NCBI RefSeq assembly: GCF_009914755.1
Contig: NC_060925.1
DNA from: the human T2T-CHM13v2.0 reference genome, Homo sapiens
Direction: 5' to 3' (one strand)
DNA: 64,000 bases
Under the pieces are notes generated by a model. The model was not told the origin of the DNA, ran no database searches, and worked only from the letters and a program-made list of their open reading frames with translations. Positions 1 to 14,890 of the stretch are shown here, one piece after another. The position numbers and the translations under genes were made by a program. Each line of letters begins with the position of its first letter. Within the stretch, counting starts at the first letter, position 1.

Positions 1-570
1 GGTGAAAAACCAATAGAAAAGTGTTCAAAAACTCCTGTGTTAACTAACAGGCTTCTGAATGTATCACTGTGGTCCACAGAGAAGGCTAGAGAAAGTAGCA
101 AGAAGATGCTATGTCAACTACTACAGCCTTAAAACAAAGGTGGTGTCTATGTAGCTGAAATTTTTCCTATGTAGCTTGTGTTATTTTTGTTTAATCAAGC
201 AAATAAGAGGGTTTTTCCATGGCAAACAAACAAACTCCAATGCATACCTTCTTTTCTTCTTTTTAACAATGAATAAAAAAAGGAAAGAAGGTACAGTTCT
301 AAATTGACCCAATTTATTTTTCTTTTCTAAATGAGATTAAGATAAAAGTTGGAGAGAGGCCACTCAGATATGCTCAGAAATGATAGCTCAGCTTCTAACG
401 GTTACTCAGCTTACATCTGATTAAGGTTTTCTGTAAAACGAAATTGTTCCTCATACCAGGCCGACTGGACCTGGACAGCTCTAGTCTGGGTCCTGGCCTC
501 ACAGTGCTGGGTCTCTCCGGGGCCCAGGCTAGGGACTGGAGATCCTGAGCTCCTGTCATTTCCCTCCCCT

Positions 571-590
571 CCTTCCTTCCTTCCTTCCTT
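571..590 (-). repeat. (GGAA)5 microsatellite
   Basis: (CCTT)5 on + strand. Confidence 0.9.
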
Positions 591-779
591 CTCCCCTGGC
601 AAAGACTGTATCCTGTTGCTCTGAGCAAGGCCCAAGAGAAAGGCCAGCAACAGGTTATTGTGCTGGGAAGGAAGACAAATGAGTCCCTTTTCTGTGGGGC
701 TCCTGGCATCCTGTTGGAGGAAGGAAAGGACAATGCTTTGAGGGAACTGGCTTTGCCGACCCCCTCCTGGCAGGCTCTC

Positions 780-1110
780 CCCTCTCCTTTCCGGTGTACC
801 GTTTGTCAGCCCCAAAGCCTCCACTTCCTGAGTAATCACTAGATGCACGTGTGAGGTATGTGGTTCCCCCCCATGCCCAAGGCAGATTCCTGGCCCCACT
901 TCAGGAAGTGCAGCTCAAAGAGCCCTGGACCAGGACCCTGAAACAAGGGAGAGTCTTGGCTCCTCTCTCTCTACCAGGGTAGCTATTGCCAGATCATTTC
1001 ACATCTTAGGGCCTCTGTTATGGCAATTGTGTAAGTGCCTTCTGCACACTTGAAACTGCCCCCTGCATCAGGGATTCCCACACCTGCCTGTGCATCTGAG
1101 TCACCTGGGG
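780..1110. promoter_or_regulatory. Candidate promoter/enhancer (ETS, AP-1, E-box, kB-like motifs)
   Basis: ACTTCCTG 823-830 overlapping TGAGTAA 829-835; CACGTG 846-851; CAGGAAGTG 902-910; GGGATTCCC 1071-1079; TGAGTCA 1097-1103; donor-like GAG|GTATGT at 855/856. Confidence 0.4.
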
Positions 1111-1334
1111 AGCTCTGTTGCCCTACACTCTTCATATGCCCTGCCTGGACTCCAGGCAAAACAAGCAGACACTCCATCCCCAGAAATGTTCTGTGGTAAT
1201 TCCAGTTCCCCTGAAATTAAAAACAAAAAACAAACAAACAAAAAAACTACCCTTCGTATCCTCTTACCTAGCTCTTTCCTATCCCCCTTCAATAAAGTGG
1301 TGGATTGATAGGTACACAGATACAAGAAGCAGTA

Positions 1335-1590
1335 AGGAGTAGTGGCTAGGAGAGTGAATTTCAGAGACAGACTTCCAGCAATCAAAGCCCAGATCCACCA
1401 CTAGATATGTAAGCTTGGGTAGAACTTCGAACCGTTAGGTGCTTGCTTTTACTTATCTGTAAAATGGTAATAATAATAATATTACTTTCTAGGACTGTTG
1501 TAGGTTTAGGCTAATATGTTCAAAGCCTTTAATATAGAATTTAGCTGATCGAGGATACTATATAATGGTTAACTATTATTATTATTATCC
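1335..1590 (+). mobile_element. MIR SINE
   Basis: MIR core-like: ttacttatctgtaaaatggtaataataata...aggactgttgtagg. Confidence 0.65.
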
Positions 1591-1749
1591 CAGAGGTTCA
1601 TTGAACATACAATGAATTTTTTTTTTCTGGACCTAATATCAAGCCAAGCACTGGCGACTTAGGAATGAATATGACACATTTCCTGCCCTCAAGAAGTTTT
1701 CAAGTCAGTAGGGAAGTCAGACTTATGAAGAACCAATTCTAACAAAATA

Positions 1750-2521
<772 letters not shown>

Positions 2522-2797
2522 TCAATTTTGATGAAACAACAAAAAGTACAGAGAAGAAGATGAGTAGCTAATAATATATATTTAAAACCCTGATATTTCT
2601 ATGGCATTTTATATTTTTCAAAGCATTCTCTTAGACAAAAGCTTACTCATGACTTCCAGTCTAGGGTCTTGAGGTAGGTTGGGAAGCCATATGTTGTAAA
2701 GGAGAAAGCTTTGGATTTGGAGCAGAGAGGACACCGTGAATTGCAGCTCTGCCGCTGTCTAGCAAGGAGTCTTATGCATGCCTCTCATGTTTTCTAG

Positions 2798-2991
2798 GTC
2801 TACTCTGTGAAAAGGAAATGATCATACATAATTCATGCATTTGCTGTACGGATTTAATTAAATGATAGACAAAAAGTAGAGTGGCACAAGTCAAACTCAA
2901 AAAATAGTAACAACAAAATCAATTTCAAAATAAGCAACAGCAATAAATGTTACCTACTATTTTACGAATGAAAATACTGAGACCAATAAAG
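2798..2991 (+). ncRNA. Candidate lncRNA internal exon (194 nt)
   Basis: Acceptor tgttttctag|G and donor AAG|gtaaga; no useful ORF; partly MIR-derived. Confidence 0.4.
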
Positions 2992-3697
2992 GTAAGATAC
3001 TTTCTTAAGAACTCACAGTCAAATGTAGGTACATCCAAGACTGTAACTCACATACTGAGATCAGTTTCATGTGACCTCATAGCTTGTCATCTTACCTATA
3101 GAACCCACAGAAGTTGATGAACCTCTGAGGGATTGATTCAGGTGTTTTGTATGTGATTAACATTGGAAGGAATCTTAGAGATCATCTTGTCGCCTTCAGA
3201 AATCCGGAGCTTCATGCGGCCCAGTCTTTGCATTGACTAGAATATAAAGAAGCATAACCCAGTAGTAATTAGAAACAAATTCTCATTTTCTCTTATGTCC
3301 TTTGAAAACTTTAAGAAAGATCAATTCCCAAAAAACATGTCTCAAGAAATCTTTCCTTCCTTACTAATTTATTGAATTTGACTGTTGTTGCAGGACCACA
3401 TCCTCAGCAAACACACTGGCACTCTTTCTCAAACTTCAGCCTTCAAGGTGCTATTTTCTTTCCTATATCTCCTCTCAATTCTTTATAATGTAGATGAACT
3501 GAGTTTCTGTCTTCTGCCTTGTATGGACTACCTCTCCTGCTTTTCTCTACGCATATTTCACATAAAGCACCACAAAAATCAAGGACTCATATTAGCAAAG
3601 ATAGAAATCTCCATAGATGGACTGGGTTCATGAGAGAGGAGGAAGGAGAATGGGGCAGAAATGGTACTCAAAATTATTAACAATGGATATAGTAAAG

Positions 3698-4042
3698 TGT
3701 ATTAGTCCATTTTCACACTGCTGATAAAGACACACCTGAGACTGGGAGGAAAAAGAGGTTTAATTGGACTTACAGTTGCACATGGCTGGGAAGGCCTCGG
3801 AGTCATGGCGAGAGGCAAAAGGCACTTCTTACATGGTGGCAGCAAGAGAAAATGAGGAAGAAGCAAAAGCTGAAACCCGATCATATCTCGTGAGACTTAT
3901 TCACTATCACGAGAATAGCATGAGAAAGACCAGCCCCCGATGGTTCAATTACCTCCACCTGCATCCCTCCCACAACACATAGGAATTCTGGGATATACAA
4001 TTCAAGTTGAGATTTCGGTGGGGACACAGCCAAACCATATCA
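3698..4042 (-). mobile_element. THE1A-like solo LTR (ERVL-MaLR)
   Basis: tgtattagtcc...ccaaaccatatca termini; TSD taaag/taatg. Confidence 0.93.
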
Positions 4043-4409
4043 TAATGATACCTATGAATCAGAATAGATTAGCCAAGGAATTGGATTAGGGTCCTCAAGG
4101 CCCTCTAATGTCCAATGACTTAACCACTGGGCTGCTGACTCACAGGGGGGTATGGAAAATCCTGGAGTAGAGTCTGGAATGGCTGAGGTAACAGAGAATA
4201 TTCAAGGGACTCAGGGCAACAGAAATCTATCAATTGGTATAAAAATATTTCAATTTTTACTATTTTAACAACTGGTGCAGCCTTACAGGTACATTGCAAA
4301 CTCTCTCCAAAGCCTGAGCTCTTACCACCACCCCACATTCCCCAAAATGCATGCAAAGAGTCTGACTAGGGAAAACCGTAGTACATTTCCTCTCTTCTCT
4401 CTCTCGTAG

Positions 4410-4547
4410 GCATTATAGTATACATAGCCTTGGAATCAGAAGACCAAGAACATACAAGAGAACATAGCCTTGGAATCAGAAGACCAAGAAACAATTTAAC
4501 TCTGCCCCTCTAGAGCTCTGAGAACTTGGGCAAGCCTTTTACCCTCT
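4410..4547 (+). ncRNA. Candidate lncRNA exon
   Basis: Polypyrimidine acceptor tttcctctcttctctctctcgtag|G; possible donor ct|gtgagt at 4548; MIR-derived. Confidence 0.35.
4422..4490 (+). repeat. 29-bp perfect direct repeat, period 40
   Basis: acatagccttggaatcagaagaccaagaa at 4422-4450 and 4462-4490. Confidence 0.95.
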
Positions 4548-5369
4548 GTGAGTTTCAGTTTCCTCATTTATTTAATTGAAATAATAATACAGATCACCTG
4601 AAATGTAATGAAAATTAAACATCCTTATGTAGGTGAAACCAACTGGCAGCATGCCTGGAATATAGTGAGTGCTCATTCGGTCTCTTGTATTTTCTTTCTA
4701 TACCCTACTTCTGTTCCCTTGGATTCATATACCTGAATTGGAAACACCCAAAGTCAAAAAGAATAAGAAAAATCTTTAGAAATGTAGCATATTACCAAGA
4801 TCTGCAAATTTCTGCCCAGAGCAGATGGTTCTAATAAAGAAAGTCGGATCTTATGTTGAGTTCTTTTCTGTCCAAGAATAGAAGACCTTCCCTCTTCTCC
4901 AGTAGTGAAGAATAGGATTCATCAGCCTTGGGGGCAAAGTTAAAAACTTGCTCTAGAAAGTGGCCTGGATAGTCAGAAACTGCTTAGACTCACTCCATCT
5001 GTTCTATACACATACACACACCTTTGTTTGTCAGTAAAATATTCAATGAGACTTGATAGTCCAATCCTTTGAAACCAGAATAATATTTGAAATTTTGATG
5101 ATTTTATCTAACTGCTAATATCACTTGCAGGTCATCAGTGTTTTACATCCAACAAACTAATGGTCATTTGCTGCTTTATAAAGAGCCGATATAATTTTGT
5201 CTTCCTTGTTATTAAAGGATCAAGCAAGGGTGTTTCTGTACCAGTTCAACTTTCCTTATTTGCTTATTAGTCAGTAATATTCAAGAAAATCCTAGTTTTA
5301 AAAAATGTCATTACATGTTAAACTGTGGAAAGAGTCACCATCATTTGAATAAATCTTGAGTAAGCCCAC

Positions 5370-5723
5370 TGTATTAGTCCATTTTCATGCTGCTGATAAA
5401 GACATACCTGAGACTGGGAAGAAAAATAGGTTTAATTGGACTTACAGTTCCACATAGCTGGGGAGGCCTCAGAATCACGGCAGAAGGTGAAAGGCACTTT
5501 TTACATGGCAGTGGCAAGAGAAAATGAGGAAATGCAAAAGCAGAAACCCCTGATAAAACCGTCAGATCTCATGAGACTTATTCACTACCATGAGAACAGT
5601 GTGGGGGAAACCACCCCCATGATTCAAATGATCTCCCACCAGCTCCCTCCCACAACATTTTGGAATTATGGGAGTACAATTCAAGATGAGATTTGGTTGT
5701 GGACACAGAGCCAAACCATATCA
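5370..5723 (-). mobile_element. THE1A/B-like solo LTR
   Basis: tgtattagtcc...ccaaaccatatca termini; TSD cccac/gccac. Confidence 0.93.
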
Positions 5724-5922
5724 GCCACTCTACTATCATGTTCTTAAAAAGTTATATGTTTGTGACACCCACGTATGCAGAATTACTCTATCAGTTAAGT
5801 GTATTTTGTAGAAAAGTCAGTAAGAAACCTGCTTTACTAAGAACAGAAAGAGTCATCTGTAAATAATAATATGATCATTGTCATTTACTGAATACTTATT
5901 ATGTGCCAAGCTACTGCTATTG

Positions 5923-7078
<1,156 letters not shown>

Positions 7079-7659
7079 CTACCCAATATTAGTAGTGAAG
7101 GGTGTAGTAATGGAATGAGATAGAGAAATTTACTTAATGGAACACCTTTCAGGTGGGCTCTGTGAGTTTAAAAGGAACTTTAATAGGTGGCTTAGGGTGG
7201 AAGCAGAGCTGAGATCCCTAAAGAGTTAAACAGCTTCTAAGGAGGCTCTGCTAGTCATGGAAGCACTTTGTGTTTGTTGAGTAGGATGTGTGAGTTTAGA
7301 TGTAAAATTCAATCAAGACTAAGAAGCGGTGAGAGACTGAAAGGATCCTGGAAGAATTTGAAAGTTGGAGAATGGAGCTTTGCATGGTAGACAGATGAGC
7401 TAGTTTAGGGGCAGCACAGAAAATAGATTTAGTAAGTATATGAAGAAAGATAACAGAGGATTCCAAGTTCTTGATCTGGAATGTGGGATGTAAATTACCT
7501 CTTCTGTCTCCCTGATAAGATCTCCAGCAAAATCCATTTTTGGTAGAAACGAATTTCTTCTGGAGAGTGGAAATTAGCGCTGAGACCTGCATAAAGTTGA
7601 GGCAAGGGTGGGGCTGCAGGTGTGCACTGCCTACATTTGGGAAATAATAATTAAAATGA

Positions 7660-9165
7660 TAACAGTAGCAGCTTCATTGCTGAGCCCTCATTAAAGTTAG
7701 GATTATTGTAGATCTTATCACAGTTAATCCTCATTGCCACCTCTTAGTTCAGTGGATTATCCCTCATAATATAAATGAGGAAACTACAGCTCAGAATGTT
7801 TAGGCAACTTGCTTAAGGACATTCAGTGGTATGTGGAAAAGCTAGAATGAGGACAGAGTCTGTCTAACTTTAAAGTTGTCTGCTCCTATTCACTGCTGTG
7901 CTTCCTCGTTAAAGGTGGAGGTGAGGGGCAGGCATATAGATTAAGCAGTAGCTTTTCCAAGATGTACCTGCTATGTGGGACAGTCAGAGTGTTTGACTAC
8001 TTCCATTCCTGGATCCCTGGTCTCTGGTGTCCCAGGAGAGCCTATTGATTTCCAGGTACCTTCCTTATAGGTTCTTGGGAAGATTATATAAGTTAATGCA
8101 TGTAAAATATGCTTAAAACAATGCATGGCATTGGACATTCCCAATAAATGTTGTTCATTATTACGAAGAACTTTACAGACATATTCTCATTTAATTCTCA
8201 CAAATGTATGAGGTAGAAACTATTATCGCCATCTTACAGAAAATAAAACTGAGAGGCTAAGTAATTTGCCAAGGTTCACACAGAAAGAAGGCTATAGAGC
8301 ATGAATTTAGCCCCAGATTGAAGGATTCCAGACTTGTCACTATATCCACTGTTCTCAGCTCCTTCTCTCTGACTCTAGCTCCCAATGTTTCTGAAGTCCA
8401 CTTGTGATTCAAGCATTCATGCCAAATGAATGTACAAATTGTGAACTTCTAGATCCTGCTTCACTCCATATTCCAAGGAGCCGGAGGCTGAAGCCAGCAA
8501 GTCAGGCTCCTCTAACATCCCACCTTCTGGCATGAATGTGAGCATGCAATGTTTAGTCTATTGTTGGTTTCCAGCAAGTCTGAATTTCAAGTCCTTTTGC
8601 TGGAGGATTACAACTTAGGAATCCAGAACGAATGGCTTTTCCAAAGCACTCCTGGTCACATCTTCTGCACTTATTCATGCTAAGATATTTTATCATGTTA
8701 CTTATCTCACGTGATGCAAGTAAAAATCTCTGTTATCATGACATCTGAGTTTAAGTAACAGGCGACTCAGAGGTGTGGTGTGCATAGGCATGTGAATCAC
8801 ATTCTCACCTCCCAAAAATTTGTTTTGAAGTTCAGAACTGTTTGCAATGACCACACTGAATATTCAAAACTATACACTATAGTTACAGTTATTCTAAACT
8901 TTGAAAAGGACACTTGGAGGTATGTGATAATGGATTCTGGAGTCTAGTCATTGACTTTAGGGAGATGAATCCCACTTCCTTCACTTACTAGATGTGTCAC
9001 CTGAGACAATTAACCTTATCTCTTGAGGCCTCCATATCTTCATTTTCAAGAGAAAATAATAATAGTAGTAATATTCTTCTTAAGGCTATTGTGAGGCTTA
9101 ATGAGCAAGTGCATGTAAATGCTTAGACACATGATAATAGCTTGATACTGATTGTCTGTTATTAG
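7660..9165. mobile_element. Cluster of MIR fragments (~7660-7900, 8070-8355, 8925-9165)
   Basis: MIR core motifs such as aaatgaggaaactacagctcaga and aaactgagaggctaagtaatttgccaagg. Confidence 0.6.
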
Positions 9166-10808
9166 GAGCCAATAACCCATGATTCCTCTGGGAACTTAGT
9201 AATTTGGGTAAAAACAACTAGCACAATGTTTGGCACAGAATAACTACTCAATAAATGTTTGTTATCAACAGTGCTGCTGTTGTGGTTGATCTTATCATTA
9301 AACCTGAAGTCTTTTATCTTTGATTGATTGATTGATTCATTTGTTCCTAAACCTGAAGTGCCTTCTCTGTGTTAGACATTTCTCTTGACATTGGAATGGG
9401 TCAGTCATCATTCCCAGTATCAAGAAGTTCACAAAATCATGAAGGAGAAAGATCAATGAAGAGAGAAAGGTCTTAGATGCCTCAATTAGAATGAAAGGGT
9501 ATACTGGGGTCAGTCAGGGAGGGAGATTGGTAGACATAGTAATTTCTGTATCAGGAAGAGAGACCAGGAAAAACTCCACTAAAGAAGGCACTGAGCTAAG
9601 GTTGAAGGAAGTGTGGATGGTCACTGGAGACAGGGTAAGGGGGAGGGCCACTTCTGGTGGGCAGCCTTGAAATGTAAAGCAGCATGTGTTGAAGTTGGCA
9701 AACAACAGAAGGTCCACACTGACTTGTACATAGGTACGAAAACATAGTAAAAGACTCAAATGAGAATATATCTGGATGAAGCATAAAAGATCCAAAGGTG
9801 AAGGCCCTCTGTGCACAACAAGGACTGGAGTTCCATCCCCAGTGGAGAGACATTGCCTAAATTTAAGCTGGGACATGAAGTGATGGTCTCTGTGATGGTC
9901 TCCATATTCTAGAGAATGGGTGGAGGATGGGTTGGAGGGGTCCAGATGGGGAGAACAATCCTGAGAGATGAAGAGGACCAGTGCTAGGGCAAATAGAGCA
10001 AGGAGAAAGAGGGGAGAATAGACTTCCCAGGCTTTGCTAACTGCTGGAATGCAGGATATGAGGCTCAGGCAACTAAATGGATATTCACACCATCTACAGG
10101 GAACACAGGAAGGCAAAAAGCAGGTCTCATTTAACAGTGATGAGTTCAAGTTGGAAAATATTAGGACAGTAATGCCCAGGAGACAACCACCAGGCACTGA
10201 TGTACAGTAGCATCCTGGGAGCATCCAAGTCATAAACAGGTTATCATCAGCATGTAGGTAGTTCGAAGCTGAAGGTAGCTGAGGTTATTTAAGAGGAGAC
10301 TGCTGAGTTTATGAAGAAGAGACATGAAGATAAAACCTTAGTGAACTCTGATATTTGCTAAGCTGGCTGGAAAGCAATGCCCACAAAGGAGACTGATGAA
10401 GAAGGATTGAGAGGGGTTGGAGAGAAAAGATGGCATGATGGCATGGAGCCCAACTAAGGCCATGGTCTTGGGCATCAGATAAGAGTAGACTTGAGTCTAG
10501 TTTCTGCCACTATGAACTCTGTGAGCTTGTGCAACTTAGTTCACATTTGAGCCTCTATTTCCTCTTTGGTAAAAGGAAACAACAATGGCATCTAGCTTAT
10601 AAGATCGTTGCGAGGATCAAGTGAGATGTTGCAAGTAAGATTAAAAAAAAAGCGTCCTGCAATTACTAACAGTGTGGTAAATGTTAATGAATCAGGAGAA
10701 TGTGTCACAGAAACACAGAAGGGAAAGAGTTTTGAAAAACTGACCGTCAATACTAGAGATGTCAGAGAGAAAAATCAAGTGAGAAGAGGCCTTAAAAGTA
10801 ACCAGTGG

Positions 10809-10916
10809 TGACAGGTTCTGCTATACCCTACACCTCAGCATCAGGCAATATATCTTTGTAACAAATCTGCACATATACCCCCAATTCTAAAGTAACAGTT
10901 GAAAAAGAAAAAAACA
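10809..10916 (+). mobile_element. Old primate L1 extreme 3' end (L1PA15-17/L1PB-like)
   Basis: acctcagcatcaggcaatatatctttgtaacaaatctgcacatatacccc...gttgaaaaagaaaa. Confidence 0.8.
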
Positions 10917-11208
<292 letters not shown>

Positions 11209-12102
11209 GAAAAAGAAAATGAACAAAACAAAACAGAGGCCATGAGGTTCACTCTGCCACTGTGGGAGGAGCTGCAGTCACATGGTCCAGAGAAAGGTGA
11301 AGAACTGGTGCCACTTCTTTAAGCTGCCATCTCACATCCACAAATGGCTGCTACAGTCAGTTCGTAGTGCAAGATGGTGGAACACACTCAGTACACTTTA
11401 AAAATAACAATATTCCTCCCCTGACTCTAAAAGTAATACATGCTCATCATGAAAAAGTATGAAGGGGAAAATGAAAGTCACCATAATTCCATCTCCTCAC
11501 ATGATCCCTGTTCGGATTTTGCTGCATATCCTTGCAATGTGCACATCGGTTTACATGCTCAAATAAACAAAAGCATAGATTTATATATAACGAAAGTGAG
11601 AGCATACTTTATTTGGTTTTGTATACTACCTTTTTCACTTAATCTAATTTTATGAGCTTTTTCTTGCAGGAGTAAATATACTTATCAAATAAAAAATTAA
11701 ATAAATAAAATGTAAAGTTTAAAAAAAGTGACCAGTGGATTGGGCAGTTGGAAGGCCAGTTAATGATTTTAGAGAGGACAACTTCAATGGCACCGCACCC
11801 ATAGAAGCCTGATACAGTGGTTTCTAGGAGTAGGGAAAGGAGCTTCAGTGAGACCTAGTTCCTCATTGTAGCTTTATTATTAGACACAGGTAGAGTATAT
11901 GTCCTACCCTGATTGGAATCACTCCATCCCTGGATGATTGCAAATAATCCCACCAACCTCCAGCCCAAGTGCCTGCCCTCCCCTCCCATAGCTCCTCCCC
12001 ATGTCCTAACCCCATCATGTTCCTGGCTACTTGTCCAATGCCACCCTCCCTGCTAGAATGTAAGCACCACAAGAGCAGCAGCTGGGCAGACCTTGTCCAA
12101 TC

Positions 12103-12580
12103 TGTGATGGTTAATTTTATGGATCAACTTGATGGGGCCGTGGTGTGCCCAGACTACACATTATTTCTGGATATGTCTGCAGGAGTACTTCCAATGAGAC
12201 TAGGATTTGAATCAGTGGACTTAGTAAAGCAAACAGCCCTCCCCAGCCTAGATGGGCATCATCTAATCCACTGTGGGCCTGAATAGAACACAAGGCAGAG
12301 GAAGGAAGAATTCACCCCATTTTTTTTCCTCCCTCACTGCTTGAGCTGGAAGCTGATCTCATCTTCTCCTGCCCTCAGACTGGGAATGACACCATTGGCT
12401 CTCCTGGATCTCTGGCCCCCAGACTTTTAGACTGAATTACACCCCCAGCTGTCCTGGCTTTCCACCTTGCAGACAGCAGATTATGGGACTTCTCCATCTC
12501 TGTAAGCACTTGAGCCAATTCCTAATAATAAATCTCCTTTCATATTGGTTCTGTTTCTCTGCAGAATCCTGAATAATACA
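12103..12580 (+). mobile_element. MLT2 (HERVL) solo LTR
   Basis: tgtgatggttaattttatg...gagccaattcctaataataaatctcc...gaataataca. Confidence 0.85.
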
Positions 12581-13199
12581 ATATCTGGGTGCAGAAGACA
12601 ATGAGTAAGAGAATTCCAGCTAGAATTTCAGCTAGTGATGAAGGTTGTGAAAGAAACCTAAGGGTGAAATGGGGTAGAGAGGGGTCTGGGGGTGGAGGAA
12701 AGCATTAGCTGTTGTGGGCAAGAAAGACCTTGGTGAGGAGGTTGCTTTTAGCTGAGAGAGGCAGCCATGCAAGGCTCCTGAGGGAAAACATTACAGACTC
12801 TGAGACCAACAGGCTCAAATGTCCAGAGGTGGGGACCAACAGGACCTATTTATGGAGAAGAAGGAACCAGAGAGTAGAAGGCCAGGAGAGAGGTAGGAGA
12901 CAAGTCTGAAGGAGAGGGGCCAGGCCTCATTACTTCTGTCATGGGCTCTCAATTTCCTTGCACTGGGAATGTCCCAAAGGCCACTGATACACGGACTGAG
13001 CGGACTTCACGGACGTCACATCAAGTGTCACCCCTAGCAGCGGACAGTCTCCTCGGCTCCGTGCTGATAGCTGCAGACTCACACCCCTGACCATCCACTG
13101 GATTTTTGGCTTTAAGGACCCAAGGCATGTGACAAGAGATAAGCATTGCACTGAAGGTCTTTGTGTTTCACTCTATAAATGGAAAGAGGAAGAAAGACT

Positions 13200-14130
13200 T
13201 TCCCCCCACTTTTTATTTGTAAAAGTGTCAAAGCTACAGAAAAATTGCATGGATAGTACAACGAGTACAAGTTCATCAAGCCACCAAGCAGCCCACCAAG
13301 GGTTCACACTTGGCAACATTTGCGTGCTCTCTCTCTCCTGTGTGTATGTGTGTGTATTTACTTTCAATTTTTTTGCTGAACCATTTTAATACTAGTTGCA
13401 GTCATGATACTTTGATTCAAATACTTCAGCATGGAGCTTCCAAGAACAAGGAAACAAGAATACTCTCCCACATAACCACAGTTTTCACACTCAGGAAACT
13501 TAATACAGTACTATAATCTAATACACAGTCCAGATGCAAATTTCCCCAATTGTCCTCAAACTGTCCTTTAAAGTTGTTATATTTATCCAGGATTCAATCA
13601 AGCATCATGTATTTTAACTATCATTATTTTTAGTCTCCTCAACTAGAATTCCCAGGTTGTTGTGTTTGTTTGCGTTTTGTCTTTCATAACAGTAAAATGT
13701 TTGAAGAGTCTAGGCCAACTGACATAAAATATCTCCCTCAGTTTGGATTCATCTGCTTATTTCTTCTTGATTCGATTCGGGTTAACCCATTTGGGCATGA
13801 ATACTAGATAGGTGATGTTCCTTCTCAGGGCCCGACAGTATGCTCTATCATTGGTGATATAAATTTTGATCACCTGGCTAAGTGATGCTCACCAGATTAC
13901 TCCACTGGGGATGTAGCTTTATGCCTTTGTAGTTGATAAGTAATCTGTAGAGTACTATACTTGGAGACTGTATGAATATCCTGTTTCCCAGCATCTTTTC
14001 ATGCAATGGTTTTAGCTCCATTGATGATTTTTGTTTGAATCCAGTATGATAGCCATGCTGATTTTCTATTTTTAGAGTTCCTGCTACATTTCCATATTGA
14101 TATTCTTTAGTAAGAAAGAGCTTTCCCTGT
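13200..14130 (-). mobile_element. Old L1M (L1MC/ME) 3' region fragment
   Basis: Antisense L1M-like motifs, e.g. cagatgcaaatttccccaattgtcc and ccaggattcaatcaagcatcatg. Confidence 0.6.
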
Positions 14131-14149
14131 CACCCACCTCCAGAACATA

Positions 14150-14890
14150 TCCATTCTTGCACTCTTCGTGCTTGGGTTACACTGTTCAAGATTCAAGTTC
14201 CATCCAAAATCAAAGTCCAGTTGGTCCAGTTTAGGAAAGGGTGATACAACTTAAATTGACAGTTCCACTAAGTCTGGAGGAAGAGGTCATTCCTCAAAGA
14301 AAACATGAGGTGCAATTATTAAAATCAGGAGAAAGGGAAGCCAAGCAGACAAAAGCAGCAGCTGTCCTTAGAGCAAGGAGTTAATATTAGCGGGACTTCT
14401 TCCCATCACTGTGTGAACCATCTTAGTTCTCAAATAGCCATAGTTTAAAAAGGACAGGGGTTTAGTGCTCACAGCATCCCAGACTGTTATCTTATGCTTC
14501 CTTGCATGTGGCCTTCATTCCCAAAGTTACTTCATGGTCCCCGATAGCTCCTCTAGCTGAAGTTTTCACCCCCGTATTCCAACCAAAGGGAGGCAGCGGA
14601 AAAATGGGAGAAAAAGAAGGCCATGTCTTGGTACTTTAAGGATATTTCCTAGAAGTTGGACATGCCATTTCTGCTGACCTCCCGCTGTGCAGAACAGATT
14701 CATGTGGCTATCCCCAACTATAATAAAAACTGAGGAAATGTTGTCTTCATTCCAGACAGTTGTTTGCTCAGCTAAGAACTAAGAGTTCTATTTGTTTTTG
14801 TTTTGTTTTTTTGTTGTTTTTTTTTTTGAGTTCTATTATTATAGAGGAAGGAGAAAACTAAACTGGGAACAATTAGCAGTCTCTTCCCTG
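14150..14890. mobile_element. Diverged MLT1-type LTR fragments
   Basis: MLT1J/K-like motifs, e.g. catgtggctatccccaactataataaaaactgaggaaatg. Confidence 0.45.

Noticed and set aside
3698-5723. Two same-orientation THE1 LTRs 1.3 kb apart that mimic a full-length THE1 provirus
   Set aside because: Each LTR has its own TSD (taaag/taatg; cccac/gccac), the LTRs differ substantially, and the interval contains MIR rather than THE1-internal sequence. These are two independent solo LTRs.
9514-10233. Longest ORF (239 aa, - strand)
   Set aside because: Lies within a decayed L2; Leu/Ser/Cys-rich composition, no recognisable domain or RT motif
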